64,000 nucleotides of DNA from a bacterium (GTDB lineage Bacteria; Zhuqueibacterota; Zhuqueibacteria; Oceanimicrobiales; Oceanimicrobiaceae), in assembly GCA_046757165.1 (NCBI GenBank), contig JBHHXT010000002.1, forward strand, positions 13,593 to 77,592. The letters are read 5' to 3'. Position numbers and translations under genes: made by a program. Shown piece after piece: positions 28,567 through 38,928 of this stretch (within the stretch, counting starts at the first letter, position 1; every line of letters starts with the position of its first letter). Under the pieces are notes generated by a model. That model worked only from the letters and a program-made list of their open reading frames with translations. It was not told the origin of the DNA and did not search any database.

Positions 28567-28630
28567 CCTGGATCATTCCTGACGCTCTTGGCCTAAACCT
28601 TGCGAACTCTGTGTCCAGTTCCGGCTTGGG

Positions 28631-29365
28631 CTAAATCAAGAGCCTCCCACCATCCACAGCGATCACCTCCCCCGTAATGTAGTCGCTTCCCTGGATCAGA
28701 AAAAGAATCGTGCTGAGGACATCCCGGGGCGAGCCGATTCTTTTCAGCAGAGTCGCCTGCCGGATGGCCTCTTTGTCGGCCTGCGAGGCATTCTCTGCCA
28801 TGAGGACCGTACCTGAGGCCACGGCGTTGACTTGAATCTGAGGCGCCAACGCCTTCGCCAGCCCCTTCGTTATCGCAATCAAACCGGCCTTGGTTGTGCA
28901 ATAGGGAATGAAATCTGGCCAGGGCAAGATTCCTGCAACGTCGGTGATGTTGATGATCTTGCCAGCGTTTTGCTCGAGCATGTGCCGCGCCGCCAACGTG
29001 GCACAGAAGTACGCCGCCTTCAGATTGACCGCGAACAACTCATCCCACTGCTCTTCGGTTGTGTCCAACACCGGTGTCTTGAAATAGAGGGCCGCATTGT
29101 TGATCAGAACGTCGATTCGCTTGAATTCTTCATAACACGCCTCCAGAACACGTTCGATCTGATGAAAGTGTGAGAGGTCGCCCTGAATCAGAAACGCCTC
29201 CTGGCCGGCGGCGCGAATCCTGGCCAGGGTCTCATGCGCGCCATCTGCTGACTGGTTGTAATGGATGGCGACTTTGGCGCCCTTCTTTGCCAGCCCCAGT
29301 GAAATGGCCTGACCGACACGATGGGCACCCCCCGTGACCAGCACAACCTTCCCGCTAAGATCCAT
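28631..29365 (-). CDS. Short-chain dehydrogenase/reductase
   Basis: TGGAHRVG (Rossmann fold), NNAA and the YCTTKAG catalytic motif (YxxxK). Confidence 0.85.
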   Translation of the reverse strand: MDLSGKVVLVTGGAHRVGQAISLGLAKKGAKVAIHYNQSADGAHETLARIRAAGQEAFLIQGDLSHFHQIERVLEACYEEFKRIDVLINNAALYFKTPVLDTTEEQWDELFAVNLKAAYFCATLAARHMLEQNAGKIINITDVAGILPWPDFIPYCTTKAGLIAITKGLAKALAPQIQVNAVASGTVLMAENASQADKEAIRQATLLKRIGSPRDVLSTILFLIQGSDYITGEVIAVDGGRLLI

Positions 29366-29373
29366 TCACCGCC

Positions 29374-29691
29374 TCAAGTCAGCCCGTTTGTTTGCAAGGT
29401 GTCTCCGGCGGCGTATTCGATCTCCAGGACAGTGTTCTTCAGCCGGTTGGCCAGGTCCTTTCTATCATCGACCAGGATGTTGGTCACAACACGGTCGGCG
29501 AAGTTTCTTATCTCATCATGGCATTTTTTGATCAGCGCCATGACCTCGTCCCACTCCCCTTCAATGATGGTTCCCATAGAAGTCAACTGATAGTGCAGCT
29601 CACTTTTATCGATGATTCCGGCAACCCTGGCCTGCAGCTCCTTTGTTTCCTCGCCTGTGCCGACAGGCGTTACGGAGACCTGAACAAGCAT
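29374..29691 (-). CDS. MTH1187/YkoF-family small protein (DUF77)
   Basis: About 100 aa. The pattern VSVTPVGTGE..LHYQLTSMGTIIEGEWDEVM is typical of this family. Confidence 0.65.
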   Translation of the reverse strand: MLVQVSVTPVGTGEETKELQARVAGIIDKSELHYQLTSMGTIIEGEWDEVMALIKKCHDEIRNFADRVVTNILVDDRKDLANRLKNTVLEIEYAAGDTLQTNGLT

Positions 29692-29805
29692 TTCAAAATC
29701 CTTATATAAGTTACTAAAATTAATACCATTTAGGCAACGAGCGAAAATATATGAAAAATTGTGAGAATGTCAAGCCAAAAAATCGTCACGCCAGCAATTA
29801 AAATA

Positions 29806-29834
29806 TTGACATTCCACGGACGAATTTATATATT
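29806..29834 (+). promoter_or_regulatory. Sigma70-like promoter (TTGACA, 17-nt spacer, TATATT) driving the small ORF and the CPBP gene
   Basis: A near-consensus -35 and -10 with ideal spacing, seen in the sequence. Confidence 0.5.
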
Positions 29835-29869
29835 GTTTTTTCGTCTACCTGTCGAAATTCCGGTTTGTC

Positions 29870-30073
29870 GTGATGGTGAGGAGGGGAAATGAATCCGAGA
29901 CATCAGTTGCAGCGGCGAAGTCAACGACTCTTGTCAACGGAGGTGTCACCGCAGTCGTTCTGGCTGAATTCCGGCACCGGAACATAAGATCATTCAACAT
30001 GAGACTCAGTGTGCGTGAAAGAGTTCGACTCTTTGTTCGATCAAAGGCAGCAACCTGGCTGGGCAGCGGGTGA
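29870..30073 (+). CDS. Small basic leader ORF (67 aa, GTG/ATG start). Its stop overlaps the CPBP start codon (GTGA).
   Basis: It sits downstream of the promoter. A GGAGGGG Shine-Dalgarno also serves an alternative 35-aa frame starting at 29889. The stop/start overlap with the next gene is seen in the sequence. Confidence 0.3.
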   Translation: MMVRRGNESETSVAAAKSTTLVNGGVTAVVLAEFRHRNIRSFNMRLSVRERVRLFVRSKAATWLGSG

Positions 30074-30795
30074 GGAAGGATGCGATATACGACTACTGGC
30101 ATGAATCACGCGGATTTCCGCATAGCGTAGTTCTTGTAACACCGCTTTGGATTCTCTATGAAGTTACAGCCTTCCGCTTGAACCACGGCCTGGACGGAAG
30201 CCTGAGGACCGGCGTCGATTACCTGATCCGAATATGCTGGAGTGAGTTGAGGCTACCGCTGGAGCTCTCCGTTTGTTTGCCTGCCAGTTTTCTTTTGCTC
30301 TTTTTTTCCAGGAAAACCAACAGAACAAAAATCGTAACCGTGAGGCCGGTGTTTTTTGCTGTGATGGTTCTGGAAAGTCTGTTTCACGCTGCTGTCTTTG
30401 GATGGGTTGTTGGGACTGCCATGAACCTGTTTTTGACGCAAACGTCAATTCATGTCAATTCATCCAACGTGGCAGCGCTGGTCATCAATCTGGGCTCCGG
30501 TGTATTTGAAGAGTTGGTCTTTCGGGTGCTCTTGCTGGTATCGGTGGTCTACTTGCTCAGGAGCATCACAAACAGAAGGACACTCATTTATGTCGTTGCG
30601 GTTGCTCTTAGTTCCGTGTTGTTTTCTCTGTTTCACTATCTGGAGATTTTCAAGGAAGTCTTCGAGTGGCGTTCCTTCTTTTTCCGTTGTCTGGCGGGCG
30701 CAGCATTTTCGATTCTGTTCATTTTGCGAGGCTATGGTATCACGGCCTACGTACATTCTTTTTATAATGTATTTCTCATGTTCAGGGCAAGTTGA
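30070..30795 (+). CDS. CPBP-family intramembrane glutamic endopeptidase (CAAX protease / Abi)
   Basis: Motifs FEELVFR, FSLFHY and HSFYNV in a multi-TM protein. Confidence 0.75.
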   Translation: MRKDAIYDYWHESRGFPHSVVLVTPLWILYEVTAFRLNHGLDGSLRTGVDYLIRICWSELRLPLELSVCLPASFLLLFFSRKTNRTKIVTVRPVFFAVMVLESLFHAAVFGWVVGTAMNLFLTQTSIHVNSSNVAALVINLGSGVFEELVFRVLLLVSVVYLLRSITNRRTLIYVVAVALSSVLFSLFHYLEIFKEVFEWRSFFFRCLAGAAFSILFILRGYGITAYVHSFYNVFLMFRAS

Positions 30796-30804
30796 TCCCG
30801 AGCC

Positions 30805-31839
30805 ATGACCGGACGAACTTCACGCATGCTCCTGCTCGGGGGCGTTTTGAGCATTCTACTTGTGCTTTTTGGATGGATTCTTTTTTCCCCGGTCGTCACG
30901 GGCGATGAGCAAACCAGGCATGCTGTCGAGATTCAGCGCGGGTTGTCATTCGATCGTATTATGCAATTACTCAGGATTGAAGACATCATCCAACACGATT
31001 TCAAGCCGCGGTTCGTCGCTCGCGTCCTCGGGCTACGTTCCAAACTGAAAGCCGGCAGGTACGAGCTCGAGGGGGGGCTTTCAAGTTATCGATTGCTGCG
31101 CAAATTGGTGGCGGGTGAGGTAACCAACATCACCGTCACGATTCCTGAAGGGTTGCAATCGCGTCAAATCGCTGCGCTGCTGGCAAAGGAGGTGGGGTTG
31201 GATTCTGCAAGTTTTGTGGCTCTCGTCAATGATGTGGAATTTACCAGCCAGCTCGGGGTCCAGGCCACGAGTTTGGAGGGGTTCTTGTTCCCGAACACGT
31301 ATCGGTTGCCCTTCGGAATAACGCCGCAGCGCGTGATTCGTCTCCTGGTGCACGAATTTCACAGACAGTTTAACGATTCCCTGCGCTCCCGTGCGCTGCA
31401 AGGCAAGTACTCTTTGCTGGAGCTTGTCACGCTGGCTTCCATTATTGAAGGCGAAGCAGTGATAGACTCCGAGCGCCCGATAATTTCCGCGGTCTATCGA
31501 AACAGGTTGAGGAGAGGCATGCGGCTTCAGGCCGACCCGACGATTCAGTACATTGTCAACGACGGCCCCCGGCGGTTGCTCAAGAAAGACCTGGCGATAG
31601 ATTCACCGTACAACACGTACAAGTATTCAGGCTTGCCTCCCGGGCCTATCAACAACCCGGGGCTGGCTTCCCTGATGGCAAGCTTCAATCCAGCAAAGGT
31701 CGGGTACCTTTATTTTGTCGCCAACGGCGATGGTTCGCATACATTTTCTAAAACCCTGACAGAGCATCTGCGTGCCAAGGCCAAATTTGACCGTTATCGG
31801 CGTGATGTCAGCAGAGCGAAACGGGGCAAAAAGCGATAA
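30805..31839 (+). CDS. mltG: Endolytic murein transglycosylase MltG (YceG-like)
   Basis: An N-terminal TM segment. The C-terminus carries YNTYKYSGLPPGPINNPG, the YceG signature. Confidence 0.85.
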   Translation: MTGRTSRMLLLGGVLSILLVLFGWILFSPVVTGDEQTRHAVEIQRGLSFDRIMQLLRIEDIIQHDFKPRFVARVLGLRSKLKAGRYELEGGLSSYRLLRKLVAGEVTNITVTIPEGLQSRQIAALLAKEVGLDSASFVALVNDVEFTSQLGVQATSLEGFLFPNTYRLPFGITPQRVIRLLVHEFHRQFNDSLRSRALQGKYSLLELVTLASIIEGEAVIDSERPIISAVYRNRLRRGMRLQADPTIQYIVNDGPRRLLKKDLAIDSPYNTYKYSGLPPGPINNPGLASLMASFNPAKVGYLYFVANGDGSHTFSKTLTEHLRAKAKFDRYRRDVSRAKRGKKR

Positions 31840-31842
31840 CTC

Positions 31843-34059
31843 ATGAGGAAGTCGATGGAGGAGGGAAAGCGTCACTTGTTAGACGACCTGAACGGCGTGC
31901 AGCGTGCCGCGGTTCAGCATATTGACGGCCCGGTGCTGATCCATGCCGGCGCCGGCAGCGGCAAAACGCGCGTCTTGACCTATCGCGTGGTCCATCTGAT
32001 TGAAAATGTGGGGGTGAAGCCGTGGGAAATTCTGGCTGTGACCTTCACCAACAAGGCCGCCAGTGAGATGAAACAACGCATTCTCGACCTCTCGAGTGGC
32101 TTCGGCAAAGAGATCTGGATTGGGACCTTCCACTCTGTCTGTGCCAGGATTCTGAGAAGGGAAGGCGATAAACTCGGGTACGGCAGGAATTTCTTGATCT
32201 TCGACCGTGACGACCAGATGCGATTTATCAAGTATGTGATGAAGGAATATTATATTTCTGAGAAACAATATTCCCCTGAGACCATCCTGTCCTGTATCAA
32301 TGGGGCCAAAAGCACCTTCGTGACCCCGAGCCAGTACGAGTCAATCGCCAGAGCCCCTTTTGAAAAGACAGCAGCCCTGGTCTATTCCCAATATCAGAGG
32401 CTGATGAAAGAGAACAACACCATGGATTTTGACGACTTGCTGGTCAACACCATCCTGGTGTTTCAAAAGCAGCCCGAGGTATTGGAGCACTATCAAAACA
32501 AGTTCAAGCACGTCCTGGTGGATGAATATCAGGACACCAACCATACGCAGTACTTACTACTCAACAAACTGGCCGCAAAACATAAGAATTTGTGCGTCGT
32601 CGGAGATGATGACCAATCCATCTATCGTTGGCGGGGTGCTGACATCAAGAACATCTTGAACATTGAAAAGGACTATCCGGGTTGCAAAGTTTATCGCCTG
32701 GAGCAAAACTATCGTTCGACCAAGCATATCTTGCACGTCGCCAACTCTGTGGTGCAAAAGAATCTACAGAGAAGAGAGAAGGCACTCTGGACCGACAACC
32801 AGAATGGGGAGAAGGTCACTCTGGTTGACCTGGATGATCATATTTCTGAAGCGCTTTATATCGTCACGTCTATCAAGGATGAGCTTCATCGAAATACACG
32901 CAATTTCAACCATTTCGTTGTCTTGTACCGAACAAACGCACAGTCGAGAGTTATCGAAGAGACGTTGCGGACCGCGGGAATTCCGTATGTCATTGTCGGA
33001 GGCGTGCGCTTCTATGAGCGCAAGGAGATTAAAGACGTGTTGGCCTACCTCCGCCTGGTCTGCAACCCGAAAGATTCCATTAGCTTCAAACGCGTTGTCA
33101 ATTTGCCACTGAGAGGAATTGGGGAGTCATCGGTGAATCGACTGGCTGCGTACGCGAAGAAAGAAGGAGTTTCCCTGCTTGAAGCCGCCGGTCGCGTGGA
33201 AGAGATTACGACCATTGCTCCGCGCATCAGAAAAAACATTCTTGATTTCTATCGCCTGATCGACAAGTATGCGACGCTGAGAAGCGAATTCTCGCCCGGA
33301 GAATTGGCGCGTGCCGTGGTTGATGAGATCGGCATTCTCAGAACGTTCAAAGAGATAGCAACCGAGAAATCTTTGGGCCGGGCAGAGAACGTTCGCGAGC
33401 TGCTTTCCGCCGTCGCTAACTATGCCAAGCGAAACAAAACAAAGCGCCTGGAAGACTTCCTCGAGGAGGTCACCTTGATCTCGGATATTGATAGCTGGGA
33501 TGACAGGTCAAACGCCATCACGTTGATGACCTTGCATAGCGCGAAAGGACTCGAATTTCCGGTGGTCTACATCACGGGCCTGGAAGAGGGACTTTTCCCG
33601 CTGAGCCGCACCCTTACAAGCGATGACGAGCTGGAGGAAGAACGCCGCCTGTTCTACGTCGGCGCAACACGTGCGAAAGAAAAACTGTTCTTGACCTGGG
33701 CCGCGCGGCGATTGAAATTTGGCGAGTATTATCAAAATTTGCCGTCAAGGTTCCTCAAGGAAATCAACCATGATTTCCTCGTGCGCCACAATCTGACAAG
33801 CGGGGCTGAAACATCTGAACGGCAGCCCCGCAAGTCTACGCATGCCAGGGCGGCGGATGTGACATTGACCTACGATGACTTCTCCCGGGACTTACCACCA
33901 TTGTATGTCGGCTGCGAAGTGAAACATCCGAGGTTTGGTATCGGTAAGGTCATCAGCAGACAGGGGGAGGGGGAAAATATGAAAATCACGGTGAAATTTT
34001 ATCAGGCTGGCGAGAAGCGATTGCTGGTCAAGTATGCCAACCTCGAGAGAACATATTAG
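31843..34059 (+). CDS. uvrD: ATP-dependent DNA helicase UvrD/PcrA
   Basis: AGAGSGKTRVLTYR (Walker A), helicase motifs through VGGVRFYERKEIKD, and a C-terminal Tudor-like tail. Confidence 0.92.
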   Translation: MRKSMEEGKRHLLDDLNGVQRAAVQHIDGPVLIHAGAGSGKTRVLTYRVVHLIENVGVKPWEILAVTFTNKAASEMKQRILDLSSGFGKEIWIGTFHSVCARILRREGDKLGYGRNFLIFDRDDQMRFIKYVMKEYYISEKQYSPETILSCINGAKSTFVTPSQYESIARAPFEKTAALVYSQYQRLMKENNTMDFDDLLVNTILVFQKQPEVLEHYQNKFKHVLVDEYQDTNHTQYLLLNKLAAKHKNLCVVGDDDQSIYRWRGADIKNILNIEKDYPGCKVYRLEQNYRSTKHILHVANSVVQKNLQRREKALWTDNQNGEKVTLVDLDDHISEALYIVTSIKDELHRNTRNFNHFVVLYRTNAQSRVIEETLRTAGIPYVIVGGVRFYERKEIKDVLAYLRLVCNPKDSISFKRVVNLPLRGIGESSVNRLAAYAKKEGVSLLEAAGRVEEITTIAPRIRKNILDFYRLIDKYATLRSEFSPGELARAVVDEIGILRTFKEIATEKSLGRAENVRELLSAVANYAKRNKTKRLEDFLEEVTLISDIDSWDDRSNAITLMTLHSAKGLEFPVVYITGLEEGLFPLSRTLTSDDELEEERRLFYVGATRAKEKLFLTWAARRLKFGEYYQNLPSRFLKEINHDFLVRHNLTSGAETSERQPRKSTHARAADVTLTYDDFSRDLPPLYVGCEVKHPRFGIGKVISRQGEGENMKITVKFYQAGEKRLLVKYANLERTY

Positions 34060-34072
34060 TGTGGACGGACTC

Positions 34073-37000
34073 ATGGAAGCCATCAAGAACATCGTTTTCA
34101 CCCTGCTTATCCTCAGCGCAGGCAATCCGAAGGCGGTCTGGACCCAAATAACGAACCCTGAAAGAGAATTTCTCTTTGCGCAGAAATTGTATGAAGACCA
34201 GCTATTTTCACTTGCAAGCCAGCAGTTTGAAGCGTTCGCAAATAGATTTCCGAACAGTGAGCATGCAGACGACGCGCTCTTCCTGAGCGGCGAATCATAC
34301 TACGCAATTTCAGATTTCAACAATGGGTTTGAAGTGCTGAAAGAGCTGGAGCTGTCTTACCCGCAATCCACCTATCTGCCTCGGGCAAGATTTCTACTGG
34401 CACGGTGTCAACTGGGCTTGCAGGATTTTGCCGCCGCCGGTGAGCTGTTCAAGAGAGTGGCCTACTTTCATCCGCAAAGCGACGTGACCGCTGCTGCGCT
34501 CCTCGAGGCTGGCCGGGCGTTCAAGAGATCGAACGATTTGCAGGCAGCCCTCACGGCGCTTGTGCAGCTCACCAGAGATTACCCTGATTCCCCACAAAGG
34601 ATCGAAGCGGACCTCGAGATTGTCGACGCCTTCGTGGCGAACGGTGACTTGTCGGAAGCAGTGGCCCGAATCGATGGTATCCTGCGAGTATTCGGCCCGG
34701 ATATCAAAGACCCGCGGGTCTATTGGATGCGGGGTCAGATATTCGAGAAATTAGGGCAAACCCAGGAGGCGGAAGCCATCTATCTGAAGCTCGCTCAGGA
34801 CTTTGACACGAGCCCGCAGGCCCGTCTGGCGAATTACCGCCTGGCAGAAATTTACCAGAAAAAAGGCGACTATGAAAGAGCGCTTCAGCAGTACGATCTC
34901 TTCTTGAGCGTCGAGACGGATGCCACACTGAAAGCCAGCGCGTATTTGAGAAAGGGCGATCTGCTTTTCGACACCCGGAACTATGAGGCGGCTCTGAGCC
35001 ACTACCGGCAGGCCGACAGTCTCGGAGCAGCGAGCCATCGCCAGGAGATCTCGTTCAAGCGTGCGCAAGCTCTGCTGGCCTTGCATGATCTCGAGGCTGC
35101 CGCGACCACCCTGCAGGGCATGGTCGAGAACAGCGTCCGTGCTGCGGATGAACTTGAAGCGGAGAGGAGAGGCGACGACACGAGTGATTTTGTCGAAGCG
35201 GCCTATTGCGCCCTGATCGAAACACGGGTCGAATTGGGCCAGCCCCGGAGCGCTCTCAGGCGCATCAAAGAGTATGAGGTGAACTTCCCTGCCGGTAGCA
35301 AGCTCGAGTGGATGGCCTTTCAGACCGCGGCGATTCTCGAAGCAGAGCTGCATGATTTCACCCGAGCGCAACGCGCGTATGAGAGATTCATGGAGGTGTA
35401 CCCGGGTAGCCCGATGGTCGATGAAGCCCAATTTGGTCTGGCGCAATGCTATCTCAGACTCAGGGAGTACAGGTTAGCTCAGCATGAATTCGATAAGTAT
35501 CTCCGCCGTTATCCGGGTGGGGATACTTATGAGGCGGCCGCGGCCAGGCAAGAAATCATCGAAGAAACCGTCAACCCTGGCTCTGGCACTGAGCTGCGGG
35601 AGGTTTCGGTTTTGCTCGCTCAAATTGCACGCAATGAAAAGCCGAGGAGTCTGGAGTTCGAGTTGGGAAAAATCTATCTAAAAACAAAAAATTATGAACA
35701 GGCAATCGCGACGTGCAAAGCGATTCTTGCCAACAACGACAATGATGACATTCGGGCGGACGTCTACTACATCCTCGGCAAGTCCTATTTCCAGGCTGCC
35801 GAAAGAGCAAAATTACATGAGGATTCAGTGCTGACCCGGACATATTATGATAGCGCTGCCATCAGCCTGAGGTTTGCCAGCGAAATCCTGCCGGACCATG
35901 CTGAGGCGGAAGAGTTGGCCTATCTTCAGGCGAGAGCAAGGCTGGCAACACAAGACAGCGCTGCGAGACAGGAGAGGTTGCAGCGATTGCTGGCATGGCC
36001 CTTGAAGTTTCCCGGGGGAAAACATCTCGACTTCGCCTGGTTAGAAATCGCCGAGCACCATTTCAGAACCGCCAACGAAAACGACACCACCGGACTTGAT
36101 TCCGCCCGGATCTACTACGATCGCATCCTGAGCGAGAAGCCAACGAGCGCCCTGGCAGAGAAGGCGATGTTCGGCCGCGTGCTTTGTTCCAGCCGCCTGG
36201 AGGCCGATTCGGTTTCTCTGGCGCAAATTGACACGTTTACGGCGCACTACCCACGCAGCCATTTTGTGCCTCAGCTTCTGCTGGTGAGAGCAGAGATAAA
36301 TCGTAGAGCAGGCGACCTGGCAGCCGCCCGCCGCGACCTGGGCCGGGTGCATGCCGAGTATTTCTATTCGCCGCAGGCGCAAGAGGCAAAACGAAGACTA
36401 GCTGAGCTGGAATTCGAGGCCGGGGATTTTCGATCCGCGCTTGACCTTTACAATCGCATCGAGCTTGATCTGCTGGGAGCGGGACATGCTGCCCCCGACA
36501 CGGATGCCGGCATCGTGCCATTCAGGCAGGCCATGGCGCTTGAAAGACTCGGACTTCATTCGCACGCCCTCAGACGCTACCTGAAGTTCATAGATAGGCA
36601 GCCGCAAAGTCCCGAGGCGGTGCAGGCGAGAATGGCGATCGCACGAATCGCAGAACAACAGGGCAATCTCACGTTTGCGATGCAGTTTTACGAACGGATT
36701 CTTGCCCAAAGCACGACGGACGACGACAAGTATGCCGCAAATATGGCCATCGGTGACCTGCTCTTTAAGCAAAGATCCTACCAGGACGCCCTCGCTCACT
36801 ACACAGCGGCACGGGCTGCGACACTCGAGCCCGCCAGACAGAGACGAGCGGAAAGTCAGGTGATCCGGTGCAAATACAAGATGCGGCAATTTGCCGCCGC
36901 CGATGCGGATGTTAAACAGTTCAAAAAGAGATTTGAAGGCACGGCTCAGGAGGAGGCGCAGTTCTTGTTAGAAAAGGCCAACGCATACAAGACTAACAAG

Positions 37001-37819
37001 AACTTTGAGTTCGCGAGAAAGGCTTTCAAGAAGTTGAAAAAGGATTACAAGAACACGGAGTGGGCCGCTCAGGGAGAGTTCGGGCTTGGGGCCGTCGATT
37101 TGATCACCAATCACACCGAGGAGGCGCTCGAGATTCTTACGGATATCCCGTTACGCTATCCGGATAGTGCGGTGACTCCCCTGGCCTATTTCAACCTGGG
37201 GGACTTTTATTACAAATCGCAACAGGTCGAAAACGCGATTCATGCCTTCAAGAAGACGCTCGAGCATCAAAAAGCGGGCGAATACCATTCAAAGGCGCTG
37301 CTTTATTTGATCGATTGCTACCGTGATGCGAGTCTCTGGGATCAGGCCATTGCCAGGACACGCGAGTACTTGCGCAAATACCCGGAGTCGGAGCACGCGT
37401 TTCGCAAGAAGATCGATTTGGCGCAGCTCCTGATGAAAGTGAAAGAATACAACCGGGCGATAGACCAGCTCGAGTTGTTGCTCCCCTATGCCCCTGATGA
37501 GTTTGAGGCGGAGATTCAATTCTACATTGCGCAATGTTACAAAGAGATGGGCGATTTCACGCGCGCGACCGCTGAATTTCTAAAAGTCAAATACTTGACC
37601 CAGCCGTCGAAGTTGCCATGGCACGTCACCGCGTTGTTCGAAACCGGCAGGTGTTTCTTGAAATTGAAAGAAGTCGAGCAAGCGAAGAAGATATTCCGGA
37701 GGATTGTGAGAGAGCAGGGGACCGGGAGCAATTTTGGCCGGTTCGCCGTCAAACAGTTGCAGGAGCTCGAAAGCAACCACACCGCCACTTCTTCCAACGG
37801 AGATCTTCCGCCACGGTAG
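34073..37819 (+). CDS. Giant TPR-repeat protein (~1250 aa) with an N-terminal signal/TM segment
   Basis: TPR-like repeats run throughout (YxxAxxxY, LGQ..EA patterns). The ORF track opens at 34034 and overlaps uvrD, so the ATG at 34073 is preferred. Confidence 0.7.
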   Translation: MEAIKNIVFTLLILSAGNPKAVWTQITNPEREFLFAQKLYEDQLFSLASQQFEAFANRFPNSEHADDALFLSGESYYAISDFNNGFEVLKELELSYPQSTYLPRARFLLARCQLGLQDFAAAGELFKRVAYFHPQSDVTAAALLEAGRAFKRSNDLQAALTALVQLTRDYPDSPQRIEADLEIVDAFVANGDLSEAVARIDGILRVFGPDIKDPRVYWMRGQIFEKLGQTQEAEAIYLKLAQDFDTSPQARLANYRLAEIYQKKGDYERALQQYDLFLSVETDATLKASAYLRKGDLLFDTRNYEAALSHYRQADSLGAASHRQEISFKRAQALLALHDLEAAATTLQGMVENSVRAADELEAERRGDDTSDFVEAAYCALIETRVELGQPRSALRRIKEYEVNFPAGSKLEWMAFQTAAILEAELHDFTRAQRAYERFMEVYPGSPMVDEAQFGLAQCYLRLREYRLAQHEFDKYLRRYPGGDTYEAAAARQEIIEETVNPGSGTELREVSVLLAQIARNEKPRSLEFELGKIYLKTKNYEQAIATCKAILANNDNDDIRADVYYILGKSYFQAAERAKLHEDSVLTRTYYDSAAISLRFASEILPDHAEAEELAYLQARARLATQDSAARQERLQRLLAWPLKFPGGKHLDFAWLEIAEHHFRTANENDTTGLDSARIYYDRILSEKPTSALAEKAMFGRVLCSSRLEADSVSLAQIDTFTAHYPRSHFVPQLLLVRAEINRRAGDLAAARRDLGRVHAEYFYSPQAQEAKRRLAELEFEAGDFRSALDLYNRIELDLLGAGHAAPDTDAGIVPFRQAMALERLGLHSHALRRYLKFIDRQPQSPEAVQARMAIARIAEQQGNLTFAMQFYERILAQSTTDDDKYAANMAIGDLLFKQRSYQDALAHYTAARAATLEPARQRRAESQVIRCKYKMRQFAAADADVKQFKKRFEGTAQEEAQFLLEKANAYKTNKNFEFARKAFKKLKKDYKNTEWAAQGEFGLGAVDLITNHTEEALEILTDIPLRYPDSAVTPLAYFNLGDFYYKSQQVENAIHAFKKTLEHQKAGEYHSKALLYLIDCYRDASLWDQAIARTREYLRKYPESEHAFRKKIDLAQLLMKVKEYNRAIDQLELLLPYAPDEFEAEIQFYIAQCYKEMGDFTRATAEFLKVKYLTQPSKLPWHVTALFETGRCFLKLKEVEQAKKIFRRIVREQGTGSNFGRFAVKQLQELESNHTATSSNGDLPPR

Positions 37820-37843
37820 CGCCGTGAGATGGAGAATTGACCG

Positions 37844-38185
37844 TTAGATGTGATTGTAACCCGCCCGTTGAGCTGACCAAATAGATAACGACTCTCTAAA
37901 CCTTCTCGTAAGGTCGTCATTATGAGTTGAAATATACTCACTGAACTCAGTAAAACCTATTATATCTTTTCCATCACCAAAGGGTTGAAGATATACAACC
38001 TTACAATCACATTCTCCTGGTCGAACGGATATTGAAGGAATGTATTTGCTGATTCCGACAAATGAATCCGAGTCGGCAATTTCATGGATTTGTGGCGGAA
38101 CTCTGACCAATCCTATTTTTTCGAGTAGCCTAAGAAGATGATAGTACTTCCTTTTTGAGCTGGTGACGTGAAATATTTTGACCAA
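37844..38185 (-). CDS. Hypothetical protein (113 aa) in a low-GC islet
   Basis: The only sizeable ORF in the ~40% GC segment 37830-38310. No recognisable motif. It may be a gene remnant. Confidence 0.3.
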   Translation of the reverse strand: MVKIFHVTSSKRKYYHLLRLLEKIGLVRVPPQIHEIADSDSFVGISKYIPSISVRPGECDCKVVYLQPFGDGKDIIGFTEFSEYISTHNDDLTRRFRESLSIWSAQRAGYNHI

Positions 38186-38313
38186 CCCTGTAAGAACTTC
38201 AGAAAAGAGAAGATAAATTCAGACGCATTTTCAGTAGATTCTTTATTTGCCGAAAAACGGAATAAATTCTCTCTATCGCAGTATTATGTGTCAGGACTTA
38301 ATCGTTATCATTT

Positions 38314-38925
38314 ATGCTCCAAAGCCGTGCAAAGATGGATTCTACCAGGGACAAAGATGTATTGAGGTACGTCGAAAAAACGCTGGCGGGTGATTCGAGA
38401 GCTTTTGAACGCATCATCAGCAGGTATCAAAAACGTGTTTACTTCACGATTTTGCAAATGGTGATGAACCATGAAGACGCCAACGATGTGGTGCAAGATA
38501 CCTTCATCAAGGCGTACACCAAACTCAGTACTTTTGATGAGAAATATCCATTTTACCCGTGGTTGTACCGGATCGCCGTCAACACGGCTCTCAATCATCA
38601 AAAGAAAAAAGCCCGTTCGCGCGCCCTGTCTCTCGATGATTTGGATAACAACAACCATCATGCTGAGCTGGCCGAGTCGCCTCAGCAAATAGACAACATG
38701 GAGGGAAATGAGCTGGTTCACAAGTTGCGGGAAGCGTTGGACAGGATACCTTATGAACAGCGAACGGTTTTTGTTTTGAGAGTAAATGAAGGGTTGAGTT
38801 ACCAGGAGATTAGCGACACGCTTGAAATTTCCATTGGCACTGTCATGTCCCGGTTGTCACGTGCACGCGAGAAACTAAAAAGCCTTTTACAGGCCTACCT
38901 GGAGACCAAAGATATAGAGGTTTAA
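38314..38925 (+). CDS. ECF (sigma-70 family) RNA polymerase sigma factor
   Basis: Region 2 (FERIISRYQKRVYFTILQMV..DVVQDTFIKAY) and region 4 (LSYQEISDTLEISIGTVMSRLSRAREKL). Confidence 0.9.
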   Translation: MLQSRAKMDSTRDKDVLRYVEKTLAGDSRAFERIISRYQKRVYFTILQMVMNHEDANDVVQDTFIKAYTKLSTFDEKYPFYPWLYRIAVNTALNHQKKKARSRALSLDDLDNNNHHAELAESPQQIDNMEGNELVHKLREALDRIPYEQRTVFVLRVNEGLSYQEISDTLEISIGTVMSRLSRAREKLKSLLQAYLETKDIEV

Positions 38926-38928
38926 GCC

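Noticed and set aside
34034-34072. An upstream ATG start for the TPR giant that overlaps uvrD
   Set aside because: It would put 26 nt of overlap in a different frame and start with a non-hydrophobic peptide. The ATG at 34073 gives a signal-peptide-like N-terminus immediately after the uvrD stop.
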